In this document: positions 27,696 to 37,968 of the stretch, one piece after another
How the letters are laid out: every line of letters starts with the position of its first letter
Numbering within the stretch: position 1 is the first letter of the stretch
Assembly (NCBI GenBank): GCA_964416985.1
Contig: CAYQFS010000003.1
Span: 18,594 to 82,593 of the forward strand
DNA from: an uncultured Candidatus Saccharibacteria bacterium
GTDB taxonomy: Bacteria > Patescibacteriota > Minisyncoccia > Phycocordibacterales > PALSA-1337
Reading direction: 5' to 3'
Length of the DNA: 64,000 bases
The notes under the pieces: generated by a model
Told to the model about the DNA's origin: nothing
The model's database searches: none
Seen by the model: the letters and a program-made list of their open reading frames with translations, nothing else
Position numbers and translations under genes: made by a program

Positions 27696-30008
27696 ATGTT
27701 TGCACATAGACTCGCTGCCTTTGACCTTGATGGAACTCTTTCAGAGAGTAAATCTCCCATGACTATGGAGATGGGCGAGCTCGTCTATAAACTTTCTCAA
27801 ATTACAAAAGTGGCTATCATCTCTGGGGGAAGTTTCGCTCAGTACGAAGAACAGTTTTTGCCGTTCATCAAGCCATCAGCAAATATTATCCTTCTTCCAA
27901 CTGATGGAAGTCAGAGGTTTGAGTACGATGAAAAAAAGAAGCAATGGATACGTGTCGACAAGGAAATTTTTCCTGAAGCACTGAAGGCTGAGGTAATGAA
28001 GGTTTTGACTCAGATTATTTCTTCACGACGTTTTGACATTCCCCAAAATCCCGTGGGGAATTATCTTGAGGATCGTGAAACAGAGATCAATTTCTCGGCC
28101 CTTGGTCAGAGAGCCTCTATAGATGCAAAAAAAATCTGGGATCCTCATCAGGAAAAAAGAATGAAGATAAAGGAGGAGATAGAAAAAAGAGTAAAGGGAA
28201 TTACCGCAAGTGTGGCTGGCACAACATCGATCGACATTCTTCCTTCTGGTTTTGACAAGGCTTTTGGACTCTGCCTTTACTTGAAAAAGATGGGAATGGA
28301 GAAAAAAGATCTTATTTTTATTGGTGACGCTATTTTCCCTGGTGGGAATGACTACTCAGTCTTTGAGGCAGGAATTGAATCAATCAAAACTGACGGGCCT
28401 TCTCATACTGCCGCACTACTTCGCTCCTGGCTTTCAGGGGGAGAGGGAACTTCGATTTTTCCAAAAAATCCAGTGGCTTTCTTTTGCACCGAGTACGCCC
28501 TCGAAGACAATCATCACATGTACGCAGGAGGACTGGGAATTCTTGCGGCTGACTATCTTCTCGAGGTCGCTGACAAAAAGATTCCATTTATCGCTCTTGG
28601 GCTCAATTATGATCCAGAAAAAATAAAGGATTTTGCAATTTATCATCACGAAGGACAGCCACTCATTGTCTCGGTGCCGATTAGCGATCACATTCTTCAT
28701 GCACAGGTGTGGCATCGGATTCTTTCCGAAAATGTGCATATTTTTCTTCTTGATACCAATATTGAAAAAAATAATGAAGAGCGAAGAAAGATAACATCTC
28801 TTCTGTATGATCCTCATTTCTATACTCGCGTTCAGCAGCAGATTCTTCTCGGAATTGGGGGGATGCAGATACTCAAAAAACTTGGCATCAATCCCTCCAT
28901 CTATCATCTGAATGAAGGACATACGGCTTTTGGTGGTGTGGCTGTAATGGTAGAAAAGAAAGAAGACACGTCAAAAATTGTAGCCACGAAGCACACTATT
29001 CTTTCTGAGGCTGGGCTTCATATTCCTCGAAAAGATTTTTCTGTTCTTCTCGGAGTATATTGCAAAGAATTTGGCGTTGATCCGGCTGACGTGTTTGAAA
29101 AAGGAAAGTACGAGCTTGATCCCGATATTTTTTCAACTACAAAGTTCGTTATGAACATTTCAAACAGGAAAAACAGTGTGAGTACTCTCCATGCAGTTTT
29201 TGAAAAGAGACGACATCCTCATAGTCTTCTCATTCCAATTACCAATGGTGTCTATGAAAAAAGATGGCAGGCGAAAGAACTCCTTGCTCGCGACAGAGAT
29301 ATTTCTGACAGGGATCTTTGGAAGATAAAAAGAAAATTGAGGTCCAATCTTTTTAACTATCTCGAGGAAAATCATGGGAAAGAATTGAATCCTGATATCT
29401 GTACTGTTGTGTGGGCACGAAGGTTCGCTGCCTACAAAAGGCCATTTCTCCTCTTTTCTGATTACGAGAGAATTATAAAACTTCTCTCAAACCAGGAGCA
29501 CCCTGTTCAGTTCATCATTTCAGGAAAAGCTCATGATGCCGACGAAGAAGGTAAGGAAATTGTAAGAAAAATAACCGCTCTCTCTGAAGATCCAGCAACT
29601 CATGGAAGAGTTGTCTATATTCCACATTATTCTCTCGATGTTGCCCGTGAGCTCGTTCGTGGTGCCGATATTTGGCTCAATACCCCTGAACGAGGAAAAG
29701 AAGCCTGCGGTACAAGCGGCATGAAGGCGGCCCTTAATGGTTCATTGCAGTGTAGTATTTCTGATGGCTGGGTTGATGAGGTTAATTGGGGAGGGCGGGG
29801 ATGGATTCTTCCCGAAGAAAATACGGCCCACGTTCTCTACGACCTTCTCGAGCACGAAATTCTTCCGGATTTCTATGGAGTTTCGGATGGAGGAGTCCCA
29901 CATCAATGGATAAATAAGATGCGCTCGACAATTGAGCTCGTCGAAAAGACGTATACGACTTCTCATATGCTTGATCGCTATATGAAAAACCTCTATTTTC
30001 TGGTATAA
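27696..30008 (+). CDS. Fusion of a HAD IIB phosphomannomutase-like domain and an alpha-glucan phosphorylase
   Basis: FDLDGTL, ISGG, GTTSIDI, IGDAIFPGGND; then YAGGLGILAAD, HLNEGH, ITNGV, ARRFAAYKR, EACGTSGMKAALNG in one frame. Confidence 0.88.
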   Translation: MFAHRLAAFDLDGTLSESKSPMTMEMGELVYKLSQITKVAIISGGSFAQYEEQFLPFIKPSANIILLPTDGSQRFEYDEKKKQWIRVDKEIFPEALKAEVMKVLTQIISSRRFDIPQNPVGNYLEDRETEINFSALGQRASIDAKKIWDPHQEKRMKIKEEIEKRVKGITASVAGTTSIDILPSGFDKAFGLCLYLKKMGMEKKDLIFIGDAIFPGGNDYSVFEAGIESIKTDGPSHTAALLRSWLSGGEGTSIFPKNPVAFFCTEYALEDNHHMYAGGLGILAADYLLEVADKKIPFIALGLNYDPEKIKDFAIYHHEGQPLIVSVPISDHILHAQVWHRILSENVHIFLLDTNIEKNNEERRKITSLLYDPHFYTRVQQQILLGIGGMQILKKLGINPSIYHLNEGHTAFGGVAVMVEKKEDTSKIVATKHTILSEAGLHIPRKDFSVLLGVYCKEFGVDPADVFEKGKYELDPDIFSTTKFVMNISNRKNSVSTLHAVFEKRRHPHSLLIPITNGVYEKRWQAKELLARDRDISDRDLWKIKRKLRSNLFNYLEENHGKELNPDICTVVWARRFAAYKRPFLLFSDYERIIKLLSNQEHPVQFIISGKAHDADEEGKEIVRKITALSEDPATHGRVVYIPHYSLDVARELVRGADIWLNTPERGKEACGTSGMKAALNGSLQCSISDGWVDEVNWGGRGWILPEENTAHVLYDLLEHEILPDFYGVSDGGVPHQWINKMRSTIELVEKTYTTSHMLDRYMKNLYFLV

Positions 30009-30012
30009 TCTT

Positions 30013-31530
30013 ATGTACATGCCAATTTTCCGCCTCAAGAAAAGTCTCAAAATCCTCTTCGTTGGCGCAGAAGCCGCTCCTTTTGCAAAAGTGGGGGGTG
30101 TAGGCTCCGTAATGTACTCTTTGCCAAAAGCTCTTGCCGAGCTCGGCCACGATGCTCGTGTGATGATTCCGCGGTATCTTTCGATCGAAGATAGCAAATT
30201 TTCCCTCACCATGGAGCACAAAGAGCTCAGAGTCCCAACAGGGAATGAAGAGGGACCGGAATTTCTCATTTGTAATGTAAAGAAATGCGATCCTGGAATC
30301 TCTGGTGGAGCAGTCACAACCTACTTTCTCGAAAACCAGGAATACTATGAACAAAGAGCAAACGTTCACGGTTATGCCGATGATTCGACTCGGTGGGCAC
30401 TTCTTTGTCGTGGAGTTCTCGAATTTATCAGCAAGTCATCTTCGTGGGTTCCAGATGTTGTTGTTTCTCTCGACTGGCAGGCAGGCCTTCTTCCTGATTA
30501 CATAAAGACTGTGTACAAGTCGGACCCGATTCTTTCAAAAATCTCTACAGTTTTTTCAATCCATAACCTGTATTTCCAGGGAATGTTCGATCATCATTTT
30601 GTTTCTGAAATGGATTTTGATGATGGCCACTCTCCGATTCCCGGTTTTAACAACCCTCGTCTCGCAAAAATAAATTCAATGCGAAGGGGAATCATGCACG
30701 CTGATATCGTAAATACCGTTTCTCCAAATTATGCCAAAGAAATTATGACAAAAGAATACGGAGAACTTCTCGATGAACTTCTTCGCGAGAGAAAGGCAGT
30801 ACTTTCAGGAATATTAAATGGTATCGACTACTCTGTGTGGGATCCAAAAAACAATAGCCATGTTGCATTTCCTTATAATGAAAAAAGTCTTTCGGAACGG
30901 GCCAAAAATAAAAAGGCTCTCCAGGAACGTTTTGGACTTCCGGCTAAAGAAGACGTTTTTCTTGTTTCTATAGTCGGACGTCTCGCAAAACAAAAAGGTC
31001 TTGATCTTCTCACAAACACGATCGAAGTTCTTCTCCAAGAATTACCCCTACAGCTCGTAGTCGTGGGGGAGGGTGATTCTGAGTTTATGAGTCTTTTTCA
31101 TGATCTTGAAACAAAGTATCCAAAACAGGTTGCGACTCATCTAAAATACGATTCAGTTCTTCCTCATATGGCTTTTGCTGGAGCTGATGTAGTGCTTGTC
31201 CCATCTCGTTTTGAACCATGTGGTCTTGTTCAAATGGAAGCGATGCGAATGGGATGTATTCCGATTGTCCGGAAGACAGGAGGTCTTGCAGACAGTGTTG
31301 AGGATTATAATCCTGACAAACAGACAGGAACTGGCTTTGTTTTTGAAAAATTCGATTCATCTTCTCTTATGATTGCTCTCATTAGAGCTTTCGAAGATTT
31401 TCGTGACAAGAAAAAGTGGCAGGGGCTTCAGAAGCGTGCCATGACTGAGGATTTCTCTTGGATACATTCAGCAAAAAAATACTCCGAACTTTTTGCTCGA
31501 GCTATCCAGATTCATGGCAAGAAAAACTAA
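30013..31530 (+). CDS. glgA: Glycogen synthase (GT5)
   Basis: EAAPFAKVGG, DWQ, IHNLYFQG, GILNGID, PSRFEPCGL, TGGLAD. Confidence 0.95.
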   Translation: MYMPIFRLKKSLKILFVGAEAAPFAKVGGVGSVMYSLPKALAELGHDARVMIPRYLSIEDSKFSLTMEHKELRVPTGNEEGPEFLICNVKKCDPGISGGAVTTYFLENQEYYEQRANVHGYADDSTRWALLCRGVLEFISKSSSWVPDVVVSLDWQAGLLPDYIKTVYKSDPILSKISTVFSIHNLYFQGMFDHHFVSEMDFDDGHSPIPGFNNPRLAKINSMRRGIMHADIVNTVSPNYAKEIMTKEYGELLDELLRERKAVLSGILNGIDYSVWDPKNNSHVAFPYNEKSLSERAKNKKALQERFGLPAKEDVFLVSIVGRLAKQKGLDLLTNTIEVLLQELPLQLVVVGEGDSEFMSLFHDLETKYPKQVATHLKYDSVLPHMAFAGADVVLVPSRFEPCGLVQMEAMRMGCIPIVRKTGGLADSVEDYNPDKQTGTGFVFEKFDSSSLMIALIRAFEDFRDKKKWQGLQKRAMTEDFSWIHSAKKYSELFARAIQIHGKKN

Positions 31531-31554
31531 TTTTTCCTACAGCTATATACCACT

Positions 31555-32955
31555 ATGAAATGGGCAAATTTTTTGCATATTTATCAACCTCCAACACAGA
31601 AACCAATCTGGGTGAGGCGCATTGCTGATGAATCCTACAGAAAAGTTTTTTCAGGTCTCAAAAATATTCCCCGAGCCCGCATTACATTAAATATGAATAG
31701 TGTCCTCTGTGACCTTCTCGCGGAAAACGGGGCTCAGGATGTAATCGACAACATACGGTTTCTGCTTGAAAGGGGGAATATCGAGCTTACCGGAAGTGCA
31801 AAATACCACGCTTTTCTTCCGCTCTTACCGGAGTCAGAAATTGAGCGCCAAATAAAGCTCAATGAAGAAGGACTAACAAAATATTTTGGAACTAGCTGGA
31901 AGAAAGGAGGCTTTTTCTCTCCCGAAATGGCATATTCAAAAAAGGTGGCGCAGGTCGCACAAAGACTCGGTTATAAATGGATCATTATTGATGAGCTCGC
32001 ATTTCCTAAGGGAAAAACTCTTTCTCGCGACGTGGTATATGAAATAGAGGGCATTAAGGATTTTTATGTATTTTTTAGAGAAAGAAATTTTTCTTTTAAA
32101 ATTCTTTCAGCTTCACAGCTTTCAACTCTACCAGCTATTCTTCGTTTTCTCGAACCCCGTTTCGGAAAAAATGAATACACAGTAACGGGGATGGATGGAG
32201 AAACGTTTGGTCATCACAGGCCAGGACTTGAAAAGCTTCTCTTCGATCTTCTCTCACATCAAAACATTGATCCGATTTCTCTTGGCGATGTCCTCAATCT
32301 TGGCTTAAAAAAGGAAAGTATCGAGCCGTGTTCCTCGACATGGGCTTCAATGCCGAACGATCTTGACAACCATGAGCCATTTTTGAGGTGGAATAATCCG
32401 AACAATGAAATTCAGCAGTATCAATGGAAATTGACAAATCTTGCCATTCAGATTGTCGGCCGTGATCAGGGTCAAACGTCACGTCTTATTCTCGATCACT
32501 CTCTTCACTCAGATCAGTACTGGTGGTCATCGGCACGGCCGTGGTGGAGTCTTGAAATGATTGAACGGGGAGCTTTTGACCTTAAAAATGTGGTTGATAC
32601 TTCAGAAAAAGCTACTGAAGCTGAAAAAGCTGAAGCGGCAGATCTTTATAAAAGGATTCTTTTTACCGGTTTTGAGTGGCAGAGAACAGGGAAGGTTGAT
32701 GAGATTTCGCGCACTGAAAATGAAGAAATTCGTGAGCGTCTCGAAGAAAAGGAAAAACTTTTCATTACACGAGAGGAATTTCAAGACATGATAAACAATC
32801 TTGCTGAACAAATGAAATCAGCCGCAGATTCACAGGAGTATCACCGTGCTTCGATGATAAAAGACCGCATGCGTGAGCTCGAAGAAGAGATGGAAAGGAA
32901 TGACAGAGGGGAGAGCAAAAATCAGCACAAACCAGGAGGGGATTTGATGTTTTAA
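31555..32955 (+). CDS. Glycoside hydrolase family 57 with a C-terminal UVR-like motif
   Basis: FLHIYQP, YHAFLPLL, FFSPEMAY, DGETFGHH, SDQYWW. Confidence 0.88.
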   Translation: MKWANFLHIYQPPTQKPIWVRRIADESYRKVFSGLKNIPRARITLNMNSVLCDLLAENGAQDVIDNIRFLLERGNIELTGSAKYHAFLPLLPESEIERQIKLNEEGLTKYFGTSWKKGGFFSPEMAYSKKVAQVAQRLGYKWIIIDELAFPKGKTLSRDVVYEIEGIKDFYVFFRERNFSFKILSASQLSTLPAILRFLEPRFGKNEYTVTGMDGETFGHHRPGLEKLLFDLLSHQNIDPISLGDVLNLGLKKESIEPCSSTWASMPNDLDNHEPFLRWNNPNNEIQQYQWKLTNLAIQIVGRDQGQTSRLILDHSLHSDQYWWSSARPWWSLEMIERGAFDLKNVVDTSEKATEAEKAEAADLYKRILFTGFEWQRTGKVDEISRTENEEIRERLEEKEKLFITREEFQDMINNLAEQMKSAADSQEYHRASMIKDRMRELEEEMERNDRGESKNQHKPGGDLMF

Positions 32956-33521
32956 TTTTTGAACACCGGTGCGTCCTCGATCGAAGCCTCAGGAACTTTT
33001 TTATACAAAGGATTTTTGACGAGTGAAGGCACACCGTTTTTTTCTATGACATAATATGCAGCACCACGGAATTTTTTGAATTGACTATAGTCTGCATGGC
33101 CGGGAAGGGAAACAGGGTTCTTTTCTTCAAAATTGACCGGACTGTCGTCTGATGTGACAAACCAGACCTTCCCAGTATTGATAGCAAGGTGACCTGTCTC
33201 TTTTGGAATATGAACTTTGTCTCCAGCCTTTACTCTGAATGCTCGGAACGTTTCGACTTCGCCATCAACTATTTTTCCTTGAAGGATGACAATTCCTTCA
33301 CCTTGGAGAACTGTGTAGACTTCTTCGAGGTCTCCGACATGGTAATGGCCATAAGTCTTTATGTATTCGCCTCCGATAGTGCCACTTTCCCATACGGTGA
33401 TATTGGTCCGGGGAGTGCCTCCACGAATCATATAATAATGAATCTCGGGCCCCGCCGTTCCGGGACTCATGAGAACATCCTGCATTTCTTTGTGACTGCG
33501 TGTGGCAAATGGTTGTAACAT
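32952..33521 (-). CDS. Cupin-type (archaeal-type) glucose-6-phosphate isomerase
   Basis: NITV..GTIGGEYIKTYGHYH, EVYTVLQGEG, GHLAINTG, RGAAYY. Confidence 0.8.
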   Translation of the reverse strand: MLQPFATRSHKEMQDVLMSPGTAGPEIHYYMIRGGTPRTNITVWESGTIGGEYIKTYGHYHVGDLEEVYTVLQGEGIVILQGKIVDGEVETFRAFRVKAGDKVHIPKETGHLAINTGKVWFVTSDDSPVNFEEKNPVSLPGHADYSQFKKFRGAAYYVIEKNGVPSLVKNPLYKKVPEASIEDAPVFKN

Positions 33522-33562
33522 CCCTACATAGTAACAGATTGTTGAGGTATAATAAATACAAC

Positions 33563-34162
33563 ATGTCCAAGGCAAAAGGCTCTCGAAAAAGTGGAATCAG
33601 AAGACTGAGTAGGATGCGCGGCGCTGCTCTTGCGGGGGATCTTTTCATTATTGCAATTGGAATTTTCATTGCCTACATTCTCGTGAGACTTGGAGCTGTC
33701 GATTTTTTTGTAAATGCCGTCCATGGTTACCACGCGGTAGCAAGTTTTATCGCTGGTATTTTCTTTACCTCAGCTTTCACTCTCGCTCCCGCATCAATTG
33801 CTTTGAGTCGTATTGCCGAGACGGCACCTATCTCGAGTGTTGCTCTCTGGGGAGCTCTCGGAGCGCTTGTCGGAGACATGATTCTTTTCTTCTTTGTTAA
33901 GGATAAATTTTATGATGATCTCATCAAGGCTATAAAACCCTCTGTCCGGCATCATATTTTCCGGTCGTTTCACCTCGGTTTCCTGAAATGGCTCTCACCA
34001 GTTATCGGGGCTCTCATCATCGCTTCACCTTTACCTGATGAACTCGGCATCGCCCTTCTTGGTGCATCAAAAGTGAAGCTCTCGGTTCTCGTTCCAATAG
34101 CATTTGTGATGAATATGATCGGAATCTGCCTTCTTTTGGGTCTTGTGCATATTTTCTTTTGA
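33563..34162 (+). CDS. Membrane protein (DedA/VTT-like)
   Basis: AGIFFTSAFT.AP, GALGALVGD, IIASPLPDELG. Confidence 0.7.
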   Translation: MSKAKGSRKSGIRRLSRMRGAALAGDLFIIAIGIFIAYILVRLGAVDFFVNAVHGYHAVASFIAGIFFTSAFTLAPASIALSRIAETAPISSVALWGALGALVGDMILFFFVKDKFYDDLIKAIKPSVRHHIFRSFHLGFLKWLSPVIGALIIASPLPDELGIALLGASKVKLSVLVPIAFVMNMIGICLLLGLVHIFF

Positions 34163-34180
34163 TAGAGTATAATGGCTTCC

Positions 34181-34840
34181 ATGACATCAAAACGAATCAT
34201 TACCTGGGCGAGTTTTATAATCATTATCGGACTCATCATTTGGGGTCTTATTGCAGCTCAGATCAAGAACAATAGGGAACAGGAGCTTGCTGCATTGCCA
34301 GGAGAAGTGGTCGCTACGGACCATATAAAGGGAAGCGAAGGCGTTCCAGTGACTGTCGTTGAGTATGGTGACTTTCAGTGCCCAGCTTGTGCACAGTATT
34401 ATCCTATAGTTGAACAAGTCTTTTCCGAACTCGGAACAAGCACAGCTCGTCTCGTATTTCGTCATTTTCCTCTTCAACAGCATGCAAATGCTATTCCAGC
34501 TGCTCATGCTTCAGAAGCAGCTTCAAATCAGGGTAAATTCTGGGAAATGTACTCAATGCTCTATGAAAAGCAGGAAGAGTGGCAAGGACTCACTGATCCA
34601 AAAGAAACATTTGTTTCGTATGCAAAACTGCTCGGACTCGATACTGTCAAATTTGCGTCTGACATGGAGCTTCCTGAAACTGCAGAGAGAGTTTTGACTG
34701 ACTATCGTGGAGGAGTAAGTGCAAAAGTCGGTGGAACCCCTACATTCTTTGTAAATGGAAAGCAGATCGTTACACCTCAAAGCTATGAACAATTTAAAGA
34801 ACTTCTTCAAAAAACCGCTTCAGAAGGAACACATTCCTAA
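34181..34840 (+). CDS. DsbA family thiol-disulfide oxidoreductase
   Basis: EYGDFQCPAC, FRHFPL, GTPTFFVNG; start at 34172 or 34181 (34181 fits a leaderless promoter). Confidence 0.93.
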   Translation: MTSKRIITWASFIIIIGLIIWGLIAAQIKNNREQELAALPGEVVATDHIKGSEGVPVTVVEYGDFQCPACAQYYPIVEQVFSELGTSTARLVFRHFPLQQHANAIPAAHASEAASNQGKFWEMYSMLYEKQEEWQGLTDPKETFVSYAKLLGLDTVKFASDMELPETAERVLTDYRGGVSAKVGGTPTFFVNGKQIVTPQSYEQFKELLQKTASEGTHS

Positions 34841-35285
34841 GTGGATCGTCATAAAGCTTCTCGTTATTGCCCTCCTGGGCTTTGCTGATGCGACATATCT
34901 TGTGATTGAGCACTATCTAAATGCCATTCCTCCCTGTGCGATTGGTAGCTGTGAGCTTGTCCTCACGAGCGCATATTCGAGAGTTTTTGGTCTGCCCGTC
35001 TCTCTTCCAGGAGCCTTGTACTACCTAGCTCTCCTTGTTCTCTTCACTATGTACCTCGATACAAAGAGGGAAAAAGTTTTGAGAGTCGCGCTTCTCTTGA
35101 GCCCTCTTGGATTTCTCGTTTCCCTCTATTTCTTCGTCATTCAGGCTTTTGTTCTCCACGCTTTCTGCCAGTATTGCATTGGCTCGGCCATTACCTCAAC
35201 CCTCATCTTCATCATTTCTCTCTACACCCTCATTACATATCGAAAAGAAGCTCAAAAAGAAAATATGACCTGCCCAATTTCATGA
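34785..35285 (+). CDS. Vitamin K epoxide reductase (VKOR) family protein
   Basis: C..GSCELVLTSAYS..FGLPVSLPG, FCQYC; DsbA partner. Confidence 0.9.
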   Translation: MNNLKNFFKKPLQKEHIPKWIVIKLLVIALLGFADATYLVIEHYLNAIPPCAIGSCELVLTSAYSRVFGLPVSLPGALYYLALLVLFTMYLDTKREKVLRVALLLSPLGFLVSLYFFVIQAFVLHAFCQYCIGSAITSTLIFIISLYTLITYRKEAQKENMTCPIS

Positions 35286-36166
35286 TCATAAGTACAATTC
35301 TCATTTTAAAACCAACAAAAGACTACGAACTTCTCGACTCAGGAGAAGGTGAAAAACTCGAACGCTTTGGGAAAGTTATTCTCTCGCGTCCTGATCCACA
35401 AGCTCTTTGGAGGAAATACCTCCCACTTGCTGAATGGAAAAAAGCTGATGCTACGTTTTCACGAGAGGCACGGGAGGGAAGTTGGAATATCAAAAAAGAC
35501 ACCCCAGAAAAATGGACAATCGAATTTGGTGATCTCAAATTTTTAATTAAACCGACAGCTTTCAAACACACGGGACTTTTTCCTGAGCAGGTTTTGAACT
35601 GGGACTGGACTCGAGAAATTATTTCAAAAGCAGTTCTCAAAGGGGAGACACCCGAAGTTCTCAATCTTTTTGGATACACGGGAGGAGCTACTCTCGCATG
35701 CGCACAAGCCGGAGCAAAAGTCGTTCATGTCGACAGCTCAAAGTCCGCAGTCGCCTGGGCGCGTGAAAATGCTGAGCTCTCAGGTCTTTCTGAAAAACCT
35801 GTAAGATGGATTCTCGATGACACCAGAGTTTTTGTCGAAAGGGAAATAAAAAGAGGAAGAAAGTACGACGCCATCATTATGGATCCTCCGGCCTTTGGCC
35901 ACGGTCCTTCAAAAGAGCTCTGGAAAATTGAGGATCATTTTCTTCCTCTTGTCGAAGATTGCTTGAAGCTCCTCTCTGACAAGCCTCTTTTCTTTATCAT
36001 AAATGGATACTCTGCAGGGTATTCTGCTGTCGCGTATGAGAATAACCTAAAGACTCTTGTCGAGAAGTTTGGTGGCAAAATGGAAATAGGCGAACTCACT
36101 GTCGAAGAATCAGCAGGCAAGCGACTGCTTCCTTGTGGAATATTTGCAAGGTGGCAGAGAAACTAG
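35282..36166 (+). CDS. Class I SAM-dependent methyltransferase (RlmI/RlmK-like)
   Basis: YELLDSGEGEKLERFG, HTGLFPEQ, VLNLFGYTG, IMDPPAFG. Confidence 0.88.
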   Translation: MIISTILILKPTKDYELLDSGEGEKLERFGKVILSRPDPQALWRKYLPLAEWKKADATFSREAREGSWNIKKDTPEKWTIEFGDLKFLIKPTAFKHTGLFPEQVLNWDWTREIISKAVLKGETPEVLNLFGYTGGATLACAQAGAKVVHVDSSKSAVAWARENAELSGLSEKPVRWILDDTRVFVEREIKRGRKYDAIIMDPPAFGHGPSKELWKIEDHFLPLVEDCLKLLSDKPLFFIINGYSAGYSAVAYENNLKTLVEKFGGKMEIGELTVEESAGKRLLPCGIFARWQRN

Positions 36167-36900
36167 AAGTCGCAGAATGATACTGTATATGAGCGAGTCG
36201 AATCGGTATCTTGTACTACCAAGGCATCTTTCGTAGTGTCGACACCGCTAAAGTCGTCCCAGATTCCGAAACCGCTACTAGTATTTATGTATGTGTAAGT
36301 CGTATTGCCATTTATTCCACTATCATTATTTTCTTTCCATGCTCCCGATGAAGCATTTTGTATATAAAACGAGTCAAATTTTATATTACTTGCTGCTGCT
36401 GAACTATCGTAAGAAAAAGCTTTCCAAGAGCATCCCCCAGCATCTGTACAAATGTTTTGACTACCCTTCAGGAGACTCAATGTCATGGTTCCTGTCCAGG
36501 CCACATTGTTTGTTCCTTGCCCCGTATCTACAGAGTTACAAGAATTCGCCTCCCCTCCACCACCGCTACTCGGTGTCGTCCACGTCGCGTTTCCATTTGC
36601 GTCTGAAGTCAAAATTTTATTTGCACCAGCTCCGCTCAAAATCTGCACTCCTCCATTAAAAATAGCTTTTCCAAAGACTGAAAGTCCGACTGTGAAAGGA
36701 GTGTTGGCATCGGTGTTAATGAAGAGTTGCCCAAGCTTTGACTGGCTTGTTGCACCAACATTCACTGGAGCATCCACATTGCTTCCTGGAGGCGCACCGG
36801 CTGGTGTAGTCCAGGCTGCCTGTAGGGAAGAAACCCCAAGGACAACACCGAGACCGAGGACTATTGCTACTGCGTATTTTGTTATTGATTGTTTGTTCAT
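36163..36900 (-). CDS. Secreted Thr/Ser/Gly-rich surface or fibre-like protein
   Basis: Signal peptide, WTTPAGAPPGSNVDAPVN motif, KILTSDANGNATW fibre-like repeat. Confidence 0.65.
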   Translation of the reverse strand: MNKQSITKYAVAIVLGLGVVLGVSSLQAAWTTPAGAPPGSNVDAPVNVGATSQSKLGQLFINTDANTPFTVGLSVFGKAIFNGGVQILSGAGANKILTSDANGNATWTTPSSGGGGEANSCNSVDTGQGTNNVAWTGTMTLSLLKGSQNICTDAGGCSWKAFSYDSSAAASNIKFDSFYIQNASSGAWKENNDSGINGNTTYTYINTSSGFGIWDDFSGVDTTKDALVVQDTDSTRSYTVSFCDF

Positions 36901-36909
36901 GTTATTTTT

Positions 36910-37215
36910 TTAAATTCCTTGGGTTCTTTTAATTTGTGATAATTTCTCGTCCTTTTCTTTTTGTGTCAGCTTGACTTGTGATGTGTCCGATCCCTCGAGT
37001 ATCTTCTGTTTGGCCACCGATTCTTGCGGAGTTAGAGTGACTCTCCGATGGATTTCGGGGATCTGTTGTTCGACGATGATGGATTCAGGAGTTGCTTTGT
37101 ACATGTAGATCACGTACGCAAGAAAAACGAGAACTATCATCACGAAAATCGAGAGGATGACGATGAAGTGAGAATGTTTTTGTTCTTGAGGGAAATCAGG
37201 GAATGTACTAACCAT
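36910..37215 (-). CDS. Hypothetical single-TM protein
   Basis: One TM helix plus a charged tail. Confidence 0.55.
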   Translation of the reverse strand: MVSTFPDFPQEQKHSHFIVILSIFVMIVLVFLAYVIYMYKATPESIIVEQQIPEIHRRVTLTPQESVAKQKILEGSDTSQVKLTQKEKDEKLSQIKRTQGI

Positions 37216-37286
37216 ACACACATTATAGTATCGAATGGGGGTTGAGGCAATTTAAAATATGTGAATATCTTCTCCTCTGTGCTAGT

Positions 37287-37958
37287 ATGAAAACTATGAA
37301 GGTACTTTACGAGGACAATCATCTCATTGGCATCTACAAACCAGCAGGAACCCTCATCCAGGGCGATAAAACTGGGGTTTCTTCCATTATGGACGAGGTC
37401 AAAGATTATTTGAGACAAAAATACAAGAAGCCGGGGAATATTTTCCTTGGGCTCATTCATCGCCTCGACAGGAATGTGGACGGAGTCGTTCTCTTCGCAA
37501 AAACGTCAAAGGGAGCATCGAGACTTTCGGAACAATTTCGTCTTCATACAGTTCAAAAGACCTACCATGCCTGGGTCGAGGGGATTCCACGAAAGAGCAA
37601 GGATACTCTTGTTCATTATCTCTATCATGATGAAATTAAAAATGTCTCAACCATTACTGAAGAAGAAAAAAAGCATGCTGATATGGCTGAACTTTCCTAT
37701 GATGTCATTAAAAATGAGGAAGGATTTTCTCTTCTTAAAATTACCCTGAAGACAGGTCGACATCACCAGATTCGAGCACAGCTTTCACACATCGGTCACC
37801 CCATCGTTGGAGACACGAAGTATGGTTCAAAGGTCAAACTTCCTGATCAGAGAGTGATGCTTACCGCCACGTCTCTTTCATTTGATCCTGCTACGGCTGT
37901 CGATGCTGACATAGAACGAAAAACTGTGAGCATAGAAATTCCAAAGAAATCGTGGTAA
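37287..37958 (+). CDS. RluA family pseudouridine synthase
   Basis: LYEDNHL..YKPAG, LIHRLDR, TGRHHQIR, HPIVGD. Confidence 0.93.
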   Translation: MKTMKVLYEDNHLIGIYKPAGTLIQGDKTGVSSIMDEVKDYLRQKYKKPGNIFLGLIHRLDRNVDGVVLFAKTSKGASRLSEQFRLHTVQKTYHAWVEGIPRKSKDTLVHYLYHDEIKNVSTITEEEKKHADMAELSYDVIKNEEGFSLLKITLKTGRHHQIRAQLSHIGHPIVGDTKYGSKVKLPDQRVMLTATSLSFDPATAVDADIERKTVSIEIPKKSW

Positions 37959-37968
37959 TGTAATCTTC

